Part shown: positions 21,247 through 31,752 of the stretch, one piece after another
Layout of the letters: each line of letters opens with the position of its first letter
Position numbering within the stretch: position 1 is the stretch's first letter
NCBI GenBank assembly: GCA_963693365.1
Contig: CAVNZM010000003.1
Coordinates: forward strand, 12,987,252-13,051,251
Length of the DNA stretch: 64,000 nt
Source: Amoebidium appalachense
Lineage: Eukaryota; Protista; Ichthyosporea
Direction: 5' to 3'
Notes under the pieces: model-generated
What the model was told of the DNA's origin: nothing
Databases searched by the model: none
The model's input: the letters and a program-made list of their open reading frames with translations, nothing else
Position numbers and translations under genes: made by a program

Positions 21247-22545
21247 ATGGCAGACAGTGACTATGGGGGCAGCATGGACGAGTCCGTGTTTGAAGCCATG
21301 CAGAACAAGGACGTGGCTCGGCAAGAGGCAGCGGAGGGACTGGGTGGCCACGAAGACAGTCTTGATGGTGGACATGATAACAGGGGCTCAAGCCCTGTGC
21401 CGCGGATTTTGCGAGGAGCGGAGCTGCGTGTGCACCCTGATGTGCGGCCCCCCAGCCCCCCAGCGGAACAGGAGCTGGCAAAGCGCACGTATGAGCCCAA
21501 TGGGTCAGAGGGGTGGGCCAGTGAGAACGATGAGCCACAGCCCCCTCCTGCAAAGCGGCGGAGAGAGCAGGAATGGGCACCGGCAGGTGGTCGCCGTAGC
21601 AGGGACGACGACGCTGCGAGTGCTTTTTCTGTGGGAAGCATGGATTTTCGCGGGAACGAGGGCAGGAGGGGTGCGGGGAAGGAGAGGAGGGGGCAGCACA
21701 ACAAAGTGGGCATCGGGGCAGACGGACTGGCCTCAGTAGAGAATGAGGCTGTCAGACGACAGGCTGTGTGGGAGAAGCTGTTGCTGAAGAAGGCACGAGG
21801 TGCTGTGGTTGATCCGCTGTTGTACAACAGCAATACACCGGTAGAAGTGCTCGAGTCCAAGCTGGAGGAACTGACCGTGATTGAGAATCAGAAACGGGGG
21901 GCCCAGTTTATGCGATACGCACTGTTTATGGGCACCACCGGTGTGGAGCGAATGACCAGCCGGTTTCTCAGCAACGTGTATCTGGACGGTTGGACCGAGA
22001 GCATGATGAAGAACGAGGCGCAATTTGACGAAGTGCTGCAGCGTTTGGCAGAGAGGTACAAAATGGGCATGGAGGTGCACCCAGCTCTTGAGCTACTGGC
22101 CCTGTTGTGTGTGAATGCAGTGGTGTACCATTCCACGACCGGGTCCAAGCGTGCGCATGAGAAAGAGGAGGGGAATGTTGCACAGGCACAGGGGAATGCG
22201 AATGAAACCAGGCAGGTGGGTACGGCACCGACAGCAACCAGCACAAAGGCCACATCCCAGCCGCAGCAGGTGCTTTTGGGTGGCAACACTCAGGCCGGAT
22301 TGCGGCCCCAGCCGGCAGTCCCTGGGATTGCACCCCGCCCACAGGTGCCCTTCACAGGCCCCAAAGAATTTGGGACTCGGCCTACGGGGGCAGACCTGAA
22401 TGATGCTGCGGGGCTGGCTGTGGGGGCTGGGGCAACGGGAAAGAGCAAGGGCAAGGGTGGGCGGGGCAAGAAAGGGGATAAGGGTGGGGAGAAGGGGCAG
22501 GGGGATGGGGAGGGAGGGTCACAAGCCACATTGAATCTGTTTTAG
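21247..22545 (+). CDS. Conserved NCLDV protein (DUF5767-like)
   Basis: TTGVE..LDGWTESM..FDEVLQRLAERYK..PALELL..YH. Confidence 0.7.
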   Translation: MADSDYGGSMDESVFEAMQNKDVARQEAAEGLGGHEDSLDGGHDNRGSSPVPRILRGAELRVHPDVRPPSPPAEQELAKRTYEPNGSEGWASENDEPQPPPAKRRREQEWAPAGGRRSRDDDAASAFSVGSMDFRGNEGRRGAGKERRGQHNKVGIGADGLASVENEAVRRQAVWEKLLLKKARGAVVDPLLYNSNTPVEVLESKLEELTVIENQKRGAQFMRYALFMGTTGVERMTSRFLSNVYLDGWTESMMKNEAQFDEVLQRLAERYKMGMEVHPALELLALLCVNAVVYHSTTGSKRAHEKEEGNVAQAQGNANETRQVGTAPTATSTKATSQPQQVLLGGNTQAGLRPQPAVPGIAPRPQVPFTGPKEFGTRPTGADLNDAAGLAVGAGATGKSKGKGGRGKKGDKGGEKGQGDGEGGSQATLNLF

Positions 22546-22562
22546 GTCGTTTTATTGCCTGG

Positions 22563-22799
22563 TCACAGCATTGGCCCCAGCATGTAGACACGCCGGTATT
22601 GCTCCTCAAGACCCCGTACATCGCGAAACGGTGGCAGCACTATAGGTGCGGGTTTTGTGGTAGGGGCTGGGCCTGCACTTTTTGCGGCCAAAACACCCCT
22701 GGCTGTGCGTGCCCTTTCGGTAATTGCTTGTAGACCCTTTTTGAGTGTGTCGCTGAGCACTACGGGCTCTTCTGGTTGGGGCTGGGGAATCGCTGCCAT
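22563..22799 (-). CDS. Small hypothetical protein
   Basis: ATG ORF preceded by AT-rich leader. Confidence 0.45.
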   Translation of the reverse strand: MAAIPQPQPEEPVVLSDTLKKGLQAITERARTARGVLAAKSAGPAPTTKPAPIVLPPFRDVRGLEEQYRRVYMLGPML

Positions 22800-22850
22800 T
22801 TTTGATATAAATAAAGACAGGAAAAAACTTTCTTGGCTGGGTGTGTGTCC

Positions 22851-23285
22851 CTACTTGGCAAAGACCAGGTAGAGCAGCAGAAGAATGCAGAGGACCTGCA
22901 GTCCTGCTGTGATGATGGGCAGATTTTTCACAATACTGTCCACTGTGAACCCCGCACCAGTTTTGAGGGCATCCAATGGGGCGGCTGGTTTTGTACAGCC
23001 ACAGCCAGCTGAAGTGGGTATGTCCTTGCTGCAGCCACACGACGTGGGGGGGCCAGCTGCTGCGCATGGCTGGGGGGGAGAAAGGTCCCAGGGTGTGTGT
23101 CTCTCCCGCACAGGTCGTACATGTGGACGGGTACACTGCTGGGGGGGCCTGCTTGCATTGCTGTAGGTGTCGCTGGTAGAGGGCTCATCCCATGTGCCAT
23201 ATACATCCTGCACCCGGGAATAGGGGGGGCCCAATGGGATAGCATCGATAGGGGTAATCATTGTTTCAAGGTACCTTTGGCGCAT
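22851..23285 (-). CDS. Hypothetical protein with C-terminal TM
   Basis: LQVLCILLLLYLVF. Confidence 0.55.
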   Translation of the reverse strand: MRQRYLETMITPIDAIPLGPPYSRVQDVYGTWDEPSTSDTYSNASRPPQQCTRPHVRPVRERHTPWDLSPPQPCAAAGPPTSCGCSKDIPTSAGCGCTKPAAPLDALKTGAGFTVDSIVKNLPIITAGLQVLCILLLLYLVFAK

Positions 23286-23379
23286 GATGGCGGATGGGGG
23301 GGCTTTGCCATGTGCGCAAAAAGTCGGGACGGTGGCGCATGGTGGGAAGGAAAATGTGGGCTAAGTTATTGACATTAAA

Positions 23380-24156
23380 ATGGCACGGCCGGTAGCTGTG
23401 CCACCTATGCCTGAGTGGGAGATGATTGGCCCCAATGCAATGGACCGGGAAACGGCAGAGCGGGTAAATCATGTGCGAAGGGTGATGTACACCAACAAGC
23501 AGCTTCTGGTGAAACTAAGTGATATGGCCCACAATGCCGTACTGGTGCCCCCTCCAGAGCTGGCCACTGCGCTGATGGGAATCCTGCGCTTGCAAGAGAA
23601 GGCACAGCACCCCTCGCTGGTTGGTGGCCTCTTGGTAGAGGAGCTTCTGTATGGGCCCTCCCTGGAAAATGCGGTTGTGAAGTGTGGGGCACATGAAAAA
23701 AGACGGGAGCTGCGTGTGGCATGCACCGAGGCAGCACAACTCGGGCTGTGGTTCTTGCTGGAGGAAATGCTGGGCCACATTCATGGCCAGCTGTGGCATG
23801 CGGGTGTGTTTGAAAATGCAGCTGTGTTGATGGACTGGGTGCAGCCACGCGTGCGGTCACGGTCTGACCTTGCAGTCATCAAGCATGCGCGTGTGTACAT
23901 GCTCCTGCGCCAACTGGCGCATGGTAAGATCATGGGTGATGAGGTGAGCCTGGCTGACCGTTTGACTATGGCCGACTTTGCGGATGCCAAAGAGCTGACT
24001 CCGTGGGAGATGAAGATGATGAACAAGTTCTTTGGCCCACAGGCCATCGCAACTTTGCCATTGGGCCCCAAGAACGTTGCTCCGCATCTGACGGTGCCCG
24101 ACGAGGACAAGGGCGTGCGCAGCGAGCACGTGTTTGCGGGGATAGAATGGCTGTAA
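23380..24156 (+). CDS. Hypothetical protein
   Basis: 258-aa ORF with aaaATG context. Confidence 0.6.
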   Translation: MARPVAVPPMPEWEMIGPNAMDRETAERVNHVRRVMYTNKQLLVKLSDMAHNAVLVPPPELATALMGILRLQEKAQHPSLVGGLLVEELLYGPSLENAVVKCGAHEKRRELRVACTEAAQLGLWFLLEEMLGHIHGQLWHAGVFENAAVLMDWVQPRVRSRSDLAVIKHARVYMLLRQLAHGKIMGDEVSLADRLTMADFADAKELTPWEMKMMNKFFGPQAIATLPLGPKNVAPHLTVPDEDKGVRSEHVFAGIEWL

Positions 24157-24265
24157 TAAGAGTAAACTTTGAAGCTTTGAACTTCCCCCCCCCCTCCCTG
24201 TGCCCTTCCCATGAATCAAAATATGAACACATGTGAGTGCCTGTTTATTGCAGTCCAAGGTTGTC

Positions 24266-24874
24266 TTAGTTTGCCACAGGCTGGCTGCGGCCCGCCACTA
24301 GTTTAGTCAGAACGTCCAGGTCACTCGGGCTGATGTCAGAAAGCAACTGCTCACCCAGAGACCTGATCTGGTGCAGCTTTTCAGGGGTCATGGTAGTTAC
24401 AATCTTGGAGGCCATCTCCATGATCTGCTGGGAATTGGCCAGCTCCATCATACCAGCCAGGTCAATATGTGCGTTGTTTGTGGTTGGCGCAATAGTTGGA
24501 CGAGAGTGTGAAGGTTGGAGTGGGGTCATCTGGGTGTGGGTGGGTAGATCAAATGCGATTGCCGCAAGTGCCTGCAGGTACTGGAAAATGGGCTGTTTGA
24601 TGGAGAAGTCGAGGTTGGGCCAGAGCTTGACAAAGCCAAAGGGGCCATCAACGGGCATCTGGGCAGCAAATGAGTCGTCCCCGGCCAGCAGCTGGTGGAG
24701 GTGTGGGGCCATGTGCTCGCGGAATGTTTCAATGCCGGCGCTCTTCTGTGCGAGGGCAAGTGTCTCGTACACGGGCTTTGCGGCTCCCAGCTCCTGTGGA
24801 AAGCTGGCACCAAGCTTGCCCAGGAACTCGACCATCATGGCGTTGAACGTATCTGCAGGGGTAGGGCATGCCAT
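24266..24874 (-). CDS. Conserved NCLDV hypothetical protein
   Basis: FNAMMVEFL..L..SFP and LW..K..IFQYLQAL pattern resembling phycodnavirus/mimivirus-type proteins. Confidence 0.6.
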   Translation of the reverse strand: MACPTPADTFNAMMVEFLGKLGASFPQELGAAKPVYETLALAQKSAGIETFREHMAPHLHQLLAGDDSFAAQMPVDGPFGFVKLWPNLDFSIKQPIFQYLQALAAIAFDLPTHTQMTPLQPSHSRPTIAPTTNNAHIDLAGMMELANSQQIMEMASKIVTTMTPEKLHQIRSLGEQLLSDISPSDLDVLTKLVAGRSQPVAN

Positions 24875-24979
24875 GGCGGTGGCTACAGACAACCCGCTGT
24901 TGCTGAATGCACAGAAAAAAACGCGGCGCGCTGCTTAAACCATCAAAAGCAGACAGGACAGGGTCCCAATAGTGTGCAC

Positions 24980-25010
<31 letters not shown>

Positions 25011-25089
25011 GGCAGCCAGTGTTTTGTGCCCCAGAAGATTTCTTTCCACCCTCGCTCTATTTAAATTCTAGGCACCACAAACAAACAAC

Positions 25090-25401
25090 ATGGGGCTCGA
25101 TTCACTCAATGTTTCTGACATGTTGGTCATTGTGGTGTTTTTGCTCGTCGTTGTGGTCGTCATTATGTACATTGTACGTAAACGCAGGAGAAAAACGAGA
25201 AGGGCACAGACTGAAAAAAACGACTCCTTGCACCCAGGCCATGCCAGCCGTCACCCCGGGGACCACAGTGCAGGCATACAAGAAGAGTATGATGAGACTA
25301 TTGACGGCGATGACATGCTGGCGGATTTGAGCTATGTGTTCCACAAAGGCGAAAAGTTTCTGACCTGGTTCTTTGAAAACCTGATTGGGGGAACCGGCTA
25401 G
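25090..25401 (+). CDS. Small membrane protein
   Basis: Val-rich TM followed by RKRRRK. Confidence 0.6.
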   Translation: MGLDSLNVSDMLVIVVFLLVVVVVIMYIVRKRRRKTRRAQTEKNDSLHPGHASRHPGDHSAGIQEEYDETIDGDDMLADLSYVFHKGEKFLTWFFENLIGGTG

Positions 25402-26612
25402 ATGGGTCGTTTTGGCACCCGCACCACTGCCGGGGCGTCCTTGGGGCCGCGTATGGGCACACCCAGACCCGTGGTAGGGGCAATCCTGTGCTCGGGACGT
25501 GTGTGCACACGTTGCCCATATGGCTTGGCATGGTGGGGGTGTGTCTCCCTGGCCGCACTGGGGCCCCCACCCGCCATGGGGTTGCGGGGAACAGGCCGGG
25601 CTTCGTCTGCGAGTGTCCTCACTTTTCCAGCGGATGCCCCCCCTGTGATGTGGGGGGTGTCCGTGGCCATGTACCCCCCCACCGGCTGCAGCGGGGGCAG
25701 TGCTATGCCGGCGGCCCGGGGCAGGGCCAGCGTGCGCTCTTCCCCCACGCGTGCGGGTGGCTGGGCACGGCTCGTGTGTCCCACTCCGCTCAGACTGTCC
25801 CCTGCAAGAGGCATGCGGGTGTTGGGGGCGACCCGGCCGGCTGCCATCAGCGGCGGTGCCACGCGCGCGTTTGGGTTGCTCTGGGGGTTCGGCTGGGACA
25901 GGTGTGGCTGTGGGGGACGGCCTGGGCCAAGCAGGGCACCGGCCTCCTTGGCAGGAGGGACAGAAAAAACGACCTCCCTGCCCCTCTGTGGCCCAAAATC
26001 TGCGGTGTCTGCATTGTACCCGCGCATAGGAACTGCGACCTGGTCCTCCCTGCCAACCGTCAGGCGCACCGGAAGTCGGCCGCGGTTCACGTTGGGCAGC
26101 TCCCGGGCCTGCCGCACGCGGGTGTCTTCGCGTGCGCGTTCCAATGGGGTGGCCTGGCCACTGCCCCGGAGCACGCGCTTGGTGTGTAGGCCACGCACGT
26201 CAACCTGCGGCACGTGCGGTTCTGGGCATCCGGCCACCTCGTTTCTAAGACGGTCACGGGCTGTGGAGGGGTCGCAGGCGATCTGCATGGCACGGTCCCT
26301 GCCTGTGTATGGCGGGGGGTCTGTGCAGTCGGCGGCCTGTGTGTTTGCGGCACGTGCCAGAGCGGGCCTGTCCGGGCCCATACAGGCATCGGTGGGGTCC
26401 ATACAGGGGTGCGGGTGGGGGGCCCCGTCCGCTGCCGGGGGCGGCTGGGTGGCACTCCGGGGCGGGCATGCTGCCTGTGTGGCACCGTCATCAATGGATT
26501 GTGAAACTGTTTGCGGCCTTTTATTGTCCTGGTGGATGCTGTACCCCAGGGCGACGCCTGTCAGAGCCACCACACCGACGCTGGCCAATAGAAGGAGGGG
26601 ACCCGCGGACAT
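25398..26612 (-). CDS. Pro/Arg-rich hypothetical protein with N-terminal TM
   Basis: 404-aa ORF with hydrophobic N-terminus. Confidence 0.55.
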   Translation of the reverse strand: MSAGPLLLLASVGVVALTGVALGYSIHQDNKRPQTVSQSIDDGATQAACPPRSATQPPPAADGAPHPHPCMDPTDACMGPDRPALARAANTQAADCTDPPPYTGRDRAMQIACDPSTARDRLRNEVAGCPEPHVPQVDVRGLHTKRVLRGSGQATPLERAREDTRVRQARELPNVNRGRLPVRLTVGREDQVAVPMRGYNADTADFGPQRGREVVFSVPPAKEAGALLGPGRPPQPHLSQPNPQSNPNARVAPPLMAAGRVAPNTRMPLAGDSLSGVGHTSRAQPPARVGEERTLALPRAAGIALPPLQPVGGYMATDTPHITGGASAGKVRTLADEARPVPRNPMAGGGPSAARETHPHHAKPYGQRVHTRPEHRIAPTTGLGVPIRGPKDAPAVVRVPKRPI

Positions 26613-26623
26613 GGCTGTCCCAA

Positions 26624-27238
26624 TCAGTTCCCAACCTGCACATTTTTTGCGTGGGGGGTGTCTGGGGGGCACACATTGGCGGTGCCAGCCGCCGGTGGGG
26701 CCAGGACTGGGATGTCTGCCATGTGCCGCAGGGTGATCCTGCGGCGGTTGTCCTTTGCACAGGCATCACCCGCAATGTCGAGGAGCCTCTCGGTGAAGAC
26801 CTGGATGGCGCAGGCAGCGGCTATGCACGCCCCCGCACTGATGCGCAAGTGGGGCATGCGGCGGTAGACAAAGGTCTTCATGCGGGAGGGGGGCATCACA
26901 AGCCCGCTCTTGAGGGCCTGTGTGGTGCGGGGCTGGCTGGGGGCAGCGACAAACGCGCGTGCACGGGCCAGTGCATGGCGGATGCGGGCAACACACTCGG
27001 CTCCCCGGGGGCCGGGATCCAGCACCTTGACGGCGAGCTCCACAAGGTGGGGCCGCAGGGTGCTTCTGTGTGCGTTGGAGCACACGTGCAGCATGCAGTT
27101 GACCAGACGCCGCTGGTATTCCTGCTGTTGGCCCACCACAAATGCCAGGGCTGTGCGGGACATGGCCAGCGGGTGGCGCTGCTTCAGCAGGCGGTAGGTG
27201 TATGTGCTGAACGAGTTGTACTTCTGTGCGGACCGCAT
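26624..27238 (-). CDS. Viral histone doublet H2B-H2A, divergent
   Basis: H2B-like SFSTYTYRLLKQRHP..RSTL..VELAVKVLDPG fused to H2A-like KSGLVMPPSRM..RISAGA..LLDIAG..DNRRRITLRHM. Confidence 0.85.
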   Translation of the reverse strand: MRSAQKYNSFSTYTYRLLKQRHPLAMSRTALAFVVGQQQEYQRRLVNCMLHVCSNAHRSTLRPHLVELAVKVLDPGPRGAECVARIRHALARARAFVAAPSQPRTTQALKSGLVMPPSRMKTFVYRRMPHLRISAGACIAAACAIQVFTERLLDIAGDACAKDNRRRITLRHMADIPVLAPPAAGTANVCPPDTPHAKNVQVGN

Positions 27239-27293
27239 GGTGCATGTGCACTGGCAGGAGTGCTTGGCTACCCATTGCACAGAAAAAAATTTG

Positions 27294-27324
<31 letters not shown>

Positions 27325-27467
27325 GCAATGGGAGGAATCCCTCACATGCGGGATTTCATGGGGTGCTGAACGGTGGGAAAGGAGGGAGGGAGGGGAGGGT
27401 CCTGAAACATGCAATGCACATTCTGTTGGCGTATTTTTTTCATCTGGTTCCAAATCGTTTCAGTAAC

Positions 27468-28205
27468 ATGGCGGCCCCACCAGATCCCCGTCGGTTTGCG
27501 GATGCATACAACCAGTTGTACACACAGGCACGGCGGTTCACACTAAAGCAGCCCGATCATGGGTTTCACCATGCTCACATGCGGCGGATGTATGTGGTCA
27601 ATCCTGACACACAGGTGGTTGTCAACGGAATCTCTCCGTTTGTGCTCATGTGTTGCCGGTGCGTGTCTTTGAAGCGCGATGGTACCCACTGCATGCACCG
27701 CACGTGCAAGTCGGTCCCACATTGTGCCCAGCACCTTGCAATTGACCTCAACCTGAGGATTATGCGAACCACCTTGGTCGATCCTGCAACAAACAACCCT
27801 TACACCTTCAATGGGTTGTATGCCTACAGACCAGGAGCCCCTGCTGACGAAATCGTATTCAGGCCTGGAGATTGGATTTGTGTGTACCTGGGTGAGGTGC
27901 TCACTGGTCAGGAGTCGGCGGCCTTGTACAATGACCACTCCGTTCCTGCAAAGGTCCCCCCCTACCAGATAGGCATCAGCGGCAGCAGGCTCGTTGATGG
28001 GCTTCGTGTCCGGGCTGCGGCTGCATACGCAAACACGAAGACCCCAAAGAGAATGTGCAATGCCAAGTTTGGAACTCGGAGGATCACGCCAAACTGGGCC
28101 TGGTTGCGTGCTACAAAGGTCATTCGCAACGGTCAGGAGATTTTTGCAGAGTACAACGACGAGTCAGTGGCAGACTACCTTAAGGACGTGTACCACGTAG
28201 TCTAA
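27468..28205 (+). CDS. SET-domain protein with N-terminal CCCH-type Zn motif
   Basis: GLYA..FRPGDWICVYLGE, AAYAN..CNAKF, LRATKVIRNGQEIFAEY. Confidence 0.82.
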   Translation: MAAPPDPRRFADAYNQLYTQARRFTLKQPDHGFHHAHMRRMYVVNPDTQVVVNGISPFVLMCCRCVSLKRDGTHCMHRTCKSVPHCAQHLAIDLNLRIMRTTLVDPATNNPYTFNGLYAYRPGAPADEIVFRPGDWICVYLGEVLTGQESAALYNDHSVPAKVPPYQIGISGSRLVDGLRVRAAAAYANTKTPKRMCNAKFGTRRITPNWAWLRATKVIRNGQEIFAEYNDESVADYLKDVYHVV

Positions 28206-28231
28206 AACACACAAACACGTACACACATCCA

Positions 28232-28410
28232 TGGGCTTCTTGTTGGCATTGGTGGTGTCAATGACGTCATCAATGGTCAATGGACCAATGGGAGGAATGT
28301 TGCCACCCCCCCCCCCCCCCCCCCCCGCCCCGAGCATAAGCTTTTGCACATTCAACTGGCCAATGGGAGGAATCCTGTCATTTGCAAGGATTCTTCTGTC
28401 TGGCTTTTGT
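28232..28410 (-). pseudogene. KilA-N gene fragment containing the hairpin-encoded variable segment
   Basis: PDRRILANDRIPPIGQL..IPPIGPLTIDDVIDTTNANKK, homologous to 32625-32780. Confidence 0.75.
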
Positions 28411-28462
28411 GCTGCACAATGTTGTATTGAGAAGTCACGTGACCAGTGCAAAGAGGGAATTC

Positions 28463-28548
<86 letters not shown>

Positions 28549-28595
28549 GCTGGGGGTCCGCTTATTTTGCCGCCAATTGTGTTGCCTGTTTGGGC

Positions 28596-28832
28596 TCATA
28601 CCCAGCCAGCCCTCTGCAGTGTATAGCAGACAATAAACATGAGCGGGTAATTGAGAAGTGTGAATATCACTAAACCGGTAAAAAACTGTAGTTGCATTTT
28701 TTCGAAATCTTCTAGCGACACAGGGTCTGGTTTTGACATATTCGCTCCAAGCAACACAAAACACCCAACCATCAACACGGCCGTAACTAGTGTTAATATC
28801 GCTGCTGAGTAAGCTTTTGACATGGCTGCCAC
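28596..28832 (-). CDS. Small two-TM protein
   Basis: Two hydrophobic segments. Confidence 0.4.
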   Translation of the reverse strand: MAAMSKAYSAAILTLVTAVLMVGCFVLLGANMSKPDPVSLEDFEKMQLQFFTGLVIFTLLNYPLMFIVCYTLQRAGWV

Positions 28833-28951
28833 CTAACAAGTAATCGAGGGGACAAAAAAAACCCGCATGAAGGGCTTGCGCGCAGCCTATTCAAATTCAT
28901 GTGCCCCCCCCCCCCCCCCCCCCCCCAGTGGTACATGGATGTTGGGGGACT

Positions 28952-29167
28952 AACATCCAAAAGCTGCAAAATTGGCCAGTTTCACTCCGTAGATATGGCC
29001 ATGTTTATTGTAGTTTGTGTGTGGCTGGCCATGTCAAACCGGTGACATGGACTACATTTTGTCGTGTATGTGTTCGTTGAAAGCTTTTTACACAAATGCA
29101 CAATTGCAGTGTCCACTGAGAACATATTGCCATTGTTGGTTAGTAATGTTATAAATGCCATAAGCTG
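28952..29167 (-). mobile_element. Orphan 216-bp left end of the IS607-Fanzor element
   Basis: Colinear with 13806-14021, mostly transition differences. Confidence 0.92.
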
Positions 29168-29260
29168 CTTTTGCCTATGCTCAGAAAAAACGTGCCGGTC
29201 ATTGGAACGAGTGAAGGGCCTGTGTGTGTGTGTGTGCGTGTGTGCGTGTGTGTGCGTGTG

Positions 29261-29306
<46 letters not shown>

Positions 29307-29485
29307 GGGGGGGGGGGGGAGGGGGGGGGGGGGGGGGGGGGGGCTCATTCATGCTGGCACTGCTAGTCTCACACCGTCATTTGTAGGTTTTCTTATATTG
29401 TGCAACATTGTGCCAATCTGCTTTCGGCCCCTTGTGGGCAGCAGCAGCTAAATGAATGTGCGATACTGCCAACACTACACCTGCC

Positions 29486-30047
29486 CTAAACATTGCGCTC
29501 TTTGGAGACCAGAAGCCAGTGTTGCCAATTGAAGTTTGACTCACACTGGGGCCTGGTGGCCTTCTTGGCCCGGGCCTTCTTGGACCGCGTGCGGCGCCCA
29601 GCCATGCCAGGCACCAGTTCCAACTCGTCACCCAGCTCGAGAGGGGAGACCCCGGGAAATTCCCTCTCAAACAGCATCTTGGTGCGGTAGAAGTTGGCGT
29701 ACTTCTTGGCTTCGGGCATGTTCTCCGCAAACCAGCCCTCGGTGTTGCGCATGATGGTTTAGGCCTCCTCGGCCGAAATCTCCGTGCAGTAACGCACCTT
29801 GTGCCCCCACCAGGCGGCCCGCAGCTTGATAGCGGCTGCCAGTGTGGCCCTGGCCGTGACGCTGTTGACGCGGTCCTCGGTGAGGTGGCCCAGCACGTTG
29901 ACGTTGAGCACACTCGAAATAAACTGCTGCAGCAGGGTTGTGGGGCCCACAGTGCTGCCCTTGAACAGGGCAGAGACAATGCTGTAGGCCAGGTTGAGCA
30001 GACGCACGCGCAGGTGGGGAAACCCGTCAAGGGTGCCCTCCTCGGAT
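29486..30047 (-). pseudogene. C-terminal domain paralog of the 51088-53623 gene; in-frame TAA at 29759-29761, 5' end replaced by a palindrome array
   Basis: TLDGFPHLR.RL.NL..SIV.ALF.G..VRYCTEI shared; Tyr codon of the paralog is a stop here. Confidence 0.85.
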
Positions 30048-30378
30048 CCAATCAAAAGCTGGTGACCCGCGAGTAACCAGCTTCTGATTGGCCGGCGGAT
30101 CTGTATGCAGTGGTACGATCCAATCAAAAGCTGGTGACCCGCGAGTAACCAGCTTCTGATTGGCCAGCGGATCTATATGTAGTGGTACGATCCAATCAAA
30201 GCTGGTGACCCGCGAGTAACCAGCTTCTGATTGGCCAGCGGATATATGTGTAGTGGCACAATCCAATCAAAAGCTGGTGATCCGGGAGTAACCAGCTTCT
30301 GATTGGCCAGCGGATATATGTGTAGTGGGACAATCCAATCAAAGGCTGGTGACCCGGGAGTAACCAGCTTCCGATTAG
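30048..30378. repeat. Tandem array, 5 x ~72 bp, each with a 44-bp CCAAT..ATTGG palindrome
   Basis: ccaatcaaaagctggtgacccgcgagtaaccagcttctgattgg. Confidence 0.95.
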
Positions 30379-30557
30379 CCGTCACCAGCAACGCCCAATG
30401 GGAAACTGGGACTGTGGGTATATTCTGATTTTATGAGTCCAGTCTCAGAAATTCCTGATTGGTCTGCGAGGGGAACATGGCGACTCTCAGGACGTGTGTT
30501 GTATATTTGCCGTTTGGTGTTGCCGATGAACCTAACAACATATGTGCAAATACACAG

Positions 30558-30660
30558 GGGCAAATTTAGCAACACCAACGAGCTCTTCTTCACCCCCCAC
30601 GCCTTCAAGACCATGCTCATGGCTGTCCTCACACCTGTTGCCCATACATACTTACAAGCG
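30558..30660 (+). pseudogene. Orphan exon of an antirepressor/MSV199-like gene
   Basis: ctaac branch point and cacag acceptor followed by GKFSNTNELFFTPHAFKTMLM..T.VA. Confidence 0.45.
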
Positions 30661-30689
30661 ACTGGCTTTTGATTTGTTAGTATTACACG

Positions 30690-30890
30690 CCAAGAGCAAA
30701 CCAGGCACTGACGAGGGACTAGTTTTTGATTGGCTAGTATGTTTAGCGCACCACTAGAAAACCAGTCACCGACGAGGGACTGGTTTTTGATTGTCTAGTA
30801 TGCTAAACGCACCAACAGAAAACCAGTCACCGGCGAGGGACCAGTTTTTGATTGGCCCCTATAATTAGCGCACCAATAGAAAACCAGTCA
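30690..30890. repeat. Tandem array, 3+ x 61 bp, each with a 44-bp CCAAT-like palindrome of a different stem
   Basis: Stem aaaaccagtc/gactggtttt; units at 30690, 30751 and 30812. Confidence 0.88.
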
Positions 30891-30894
30891 CAGT

Positions 30895-31136
30895 GGGGGA
30901 GGGAGAAATGCATGCTAGTAGATGGGGGAGGGGGGGGGGGAGGGAGAAATGCATGCTAGTAGATGGGGGGAGGGGGGGGGGGGAGAAAGGCATGCTAGTA
31001 GATGGGGGGAGGGGGGAGGGGGGGAGGGAGAAAGGCATGCTAGTAGATGGGGGGAGGGGGGAGGGGGGAGAGGGAAATGCATGCTAGTAGATGGGGGGAG
31101 GGGGGAGGGGGGAGGGAGAAATGCATGCTAGTAGAT

Positions 31137-31207
<71 letters not shown>

Positions 31208-31262
31208 CCGTAAAGAGTCGAGTAGAGAAAGAAATACGAAGAGAGAGAAAGAGGGAGAGAGA

Positions 31263-31307
<45 letters not shown>

Positions 31308-31370
31308 GAGGGAGAGGGAGAGGGAGAGGGAGAGGGAGAGGGAGAGTGTGTGCGTGTGTGTGTGTGTGTG

Positions 31371-31405
<35 letters not shown>
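30895..31405. repeat. Six gggagaaatgcatgctagtagatg units with poly-G spacers, then (GT)n/(GA)n microsatellites
   Basis: Directly visible. Confidence 0.9.
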
Positions 31406-31406
<1 letters not shown>

Positions 31407-31752
31407 CAAACCAAGTCACGATATGTATCCAATCAATTAACTTCCGGCACCATGCCGGGACTTTTCATTTGCTCTTATGGCACCAAATGACGTGGTGCTA
31501 TGACATTATTGGGTGGAATCAAAAGTCCCGGCATGCCCCCCCCACCCATACTTTTGAATGACTTGGCCCTCTTGTATAGTAAGTTAGCATTCACCCTCTC
31601 CCCCTCCTCCCCCCCCTCCCTCCCCCTTCCCTGGTACATGATCTGGTTCCAACACACACACACACACGCACACACACACACACACACTCTAGATGTACAC
31701 CACATCAGAACGTTTCCCCTTGAAGTTCTACACACACACACACGTGTTTGGC

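Noticed and set aside
23150-23163. 13/14 match to the copy-1 guide as a possible Fanzor target
   Set aside because: Preceded by gcc rather than CAG and too short to exceed chance
25402-26736. 444-aa plus-strand ORF and similar long antisense ORFs (5132-6220, 52367-53431, 62142-63518)
   Set aside because: Shadow frames of GC-rich genes with better-supported products on the other strand
30048-30378. CRISPR array (palindromic repeat with 28-bp spacers)
   Set aside because: Spacers are near-identical to one another, so this is a tandem repeat
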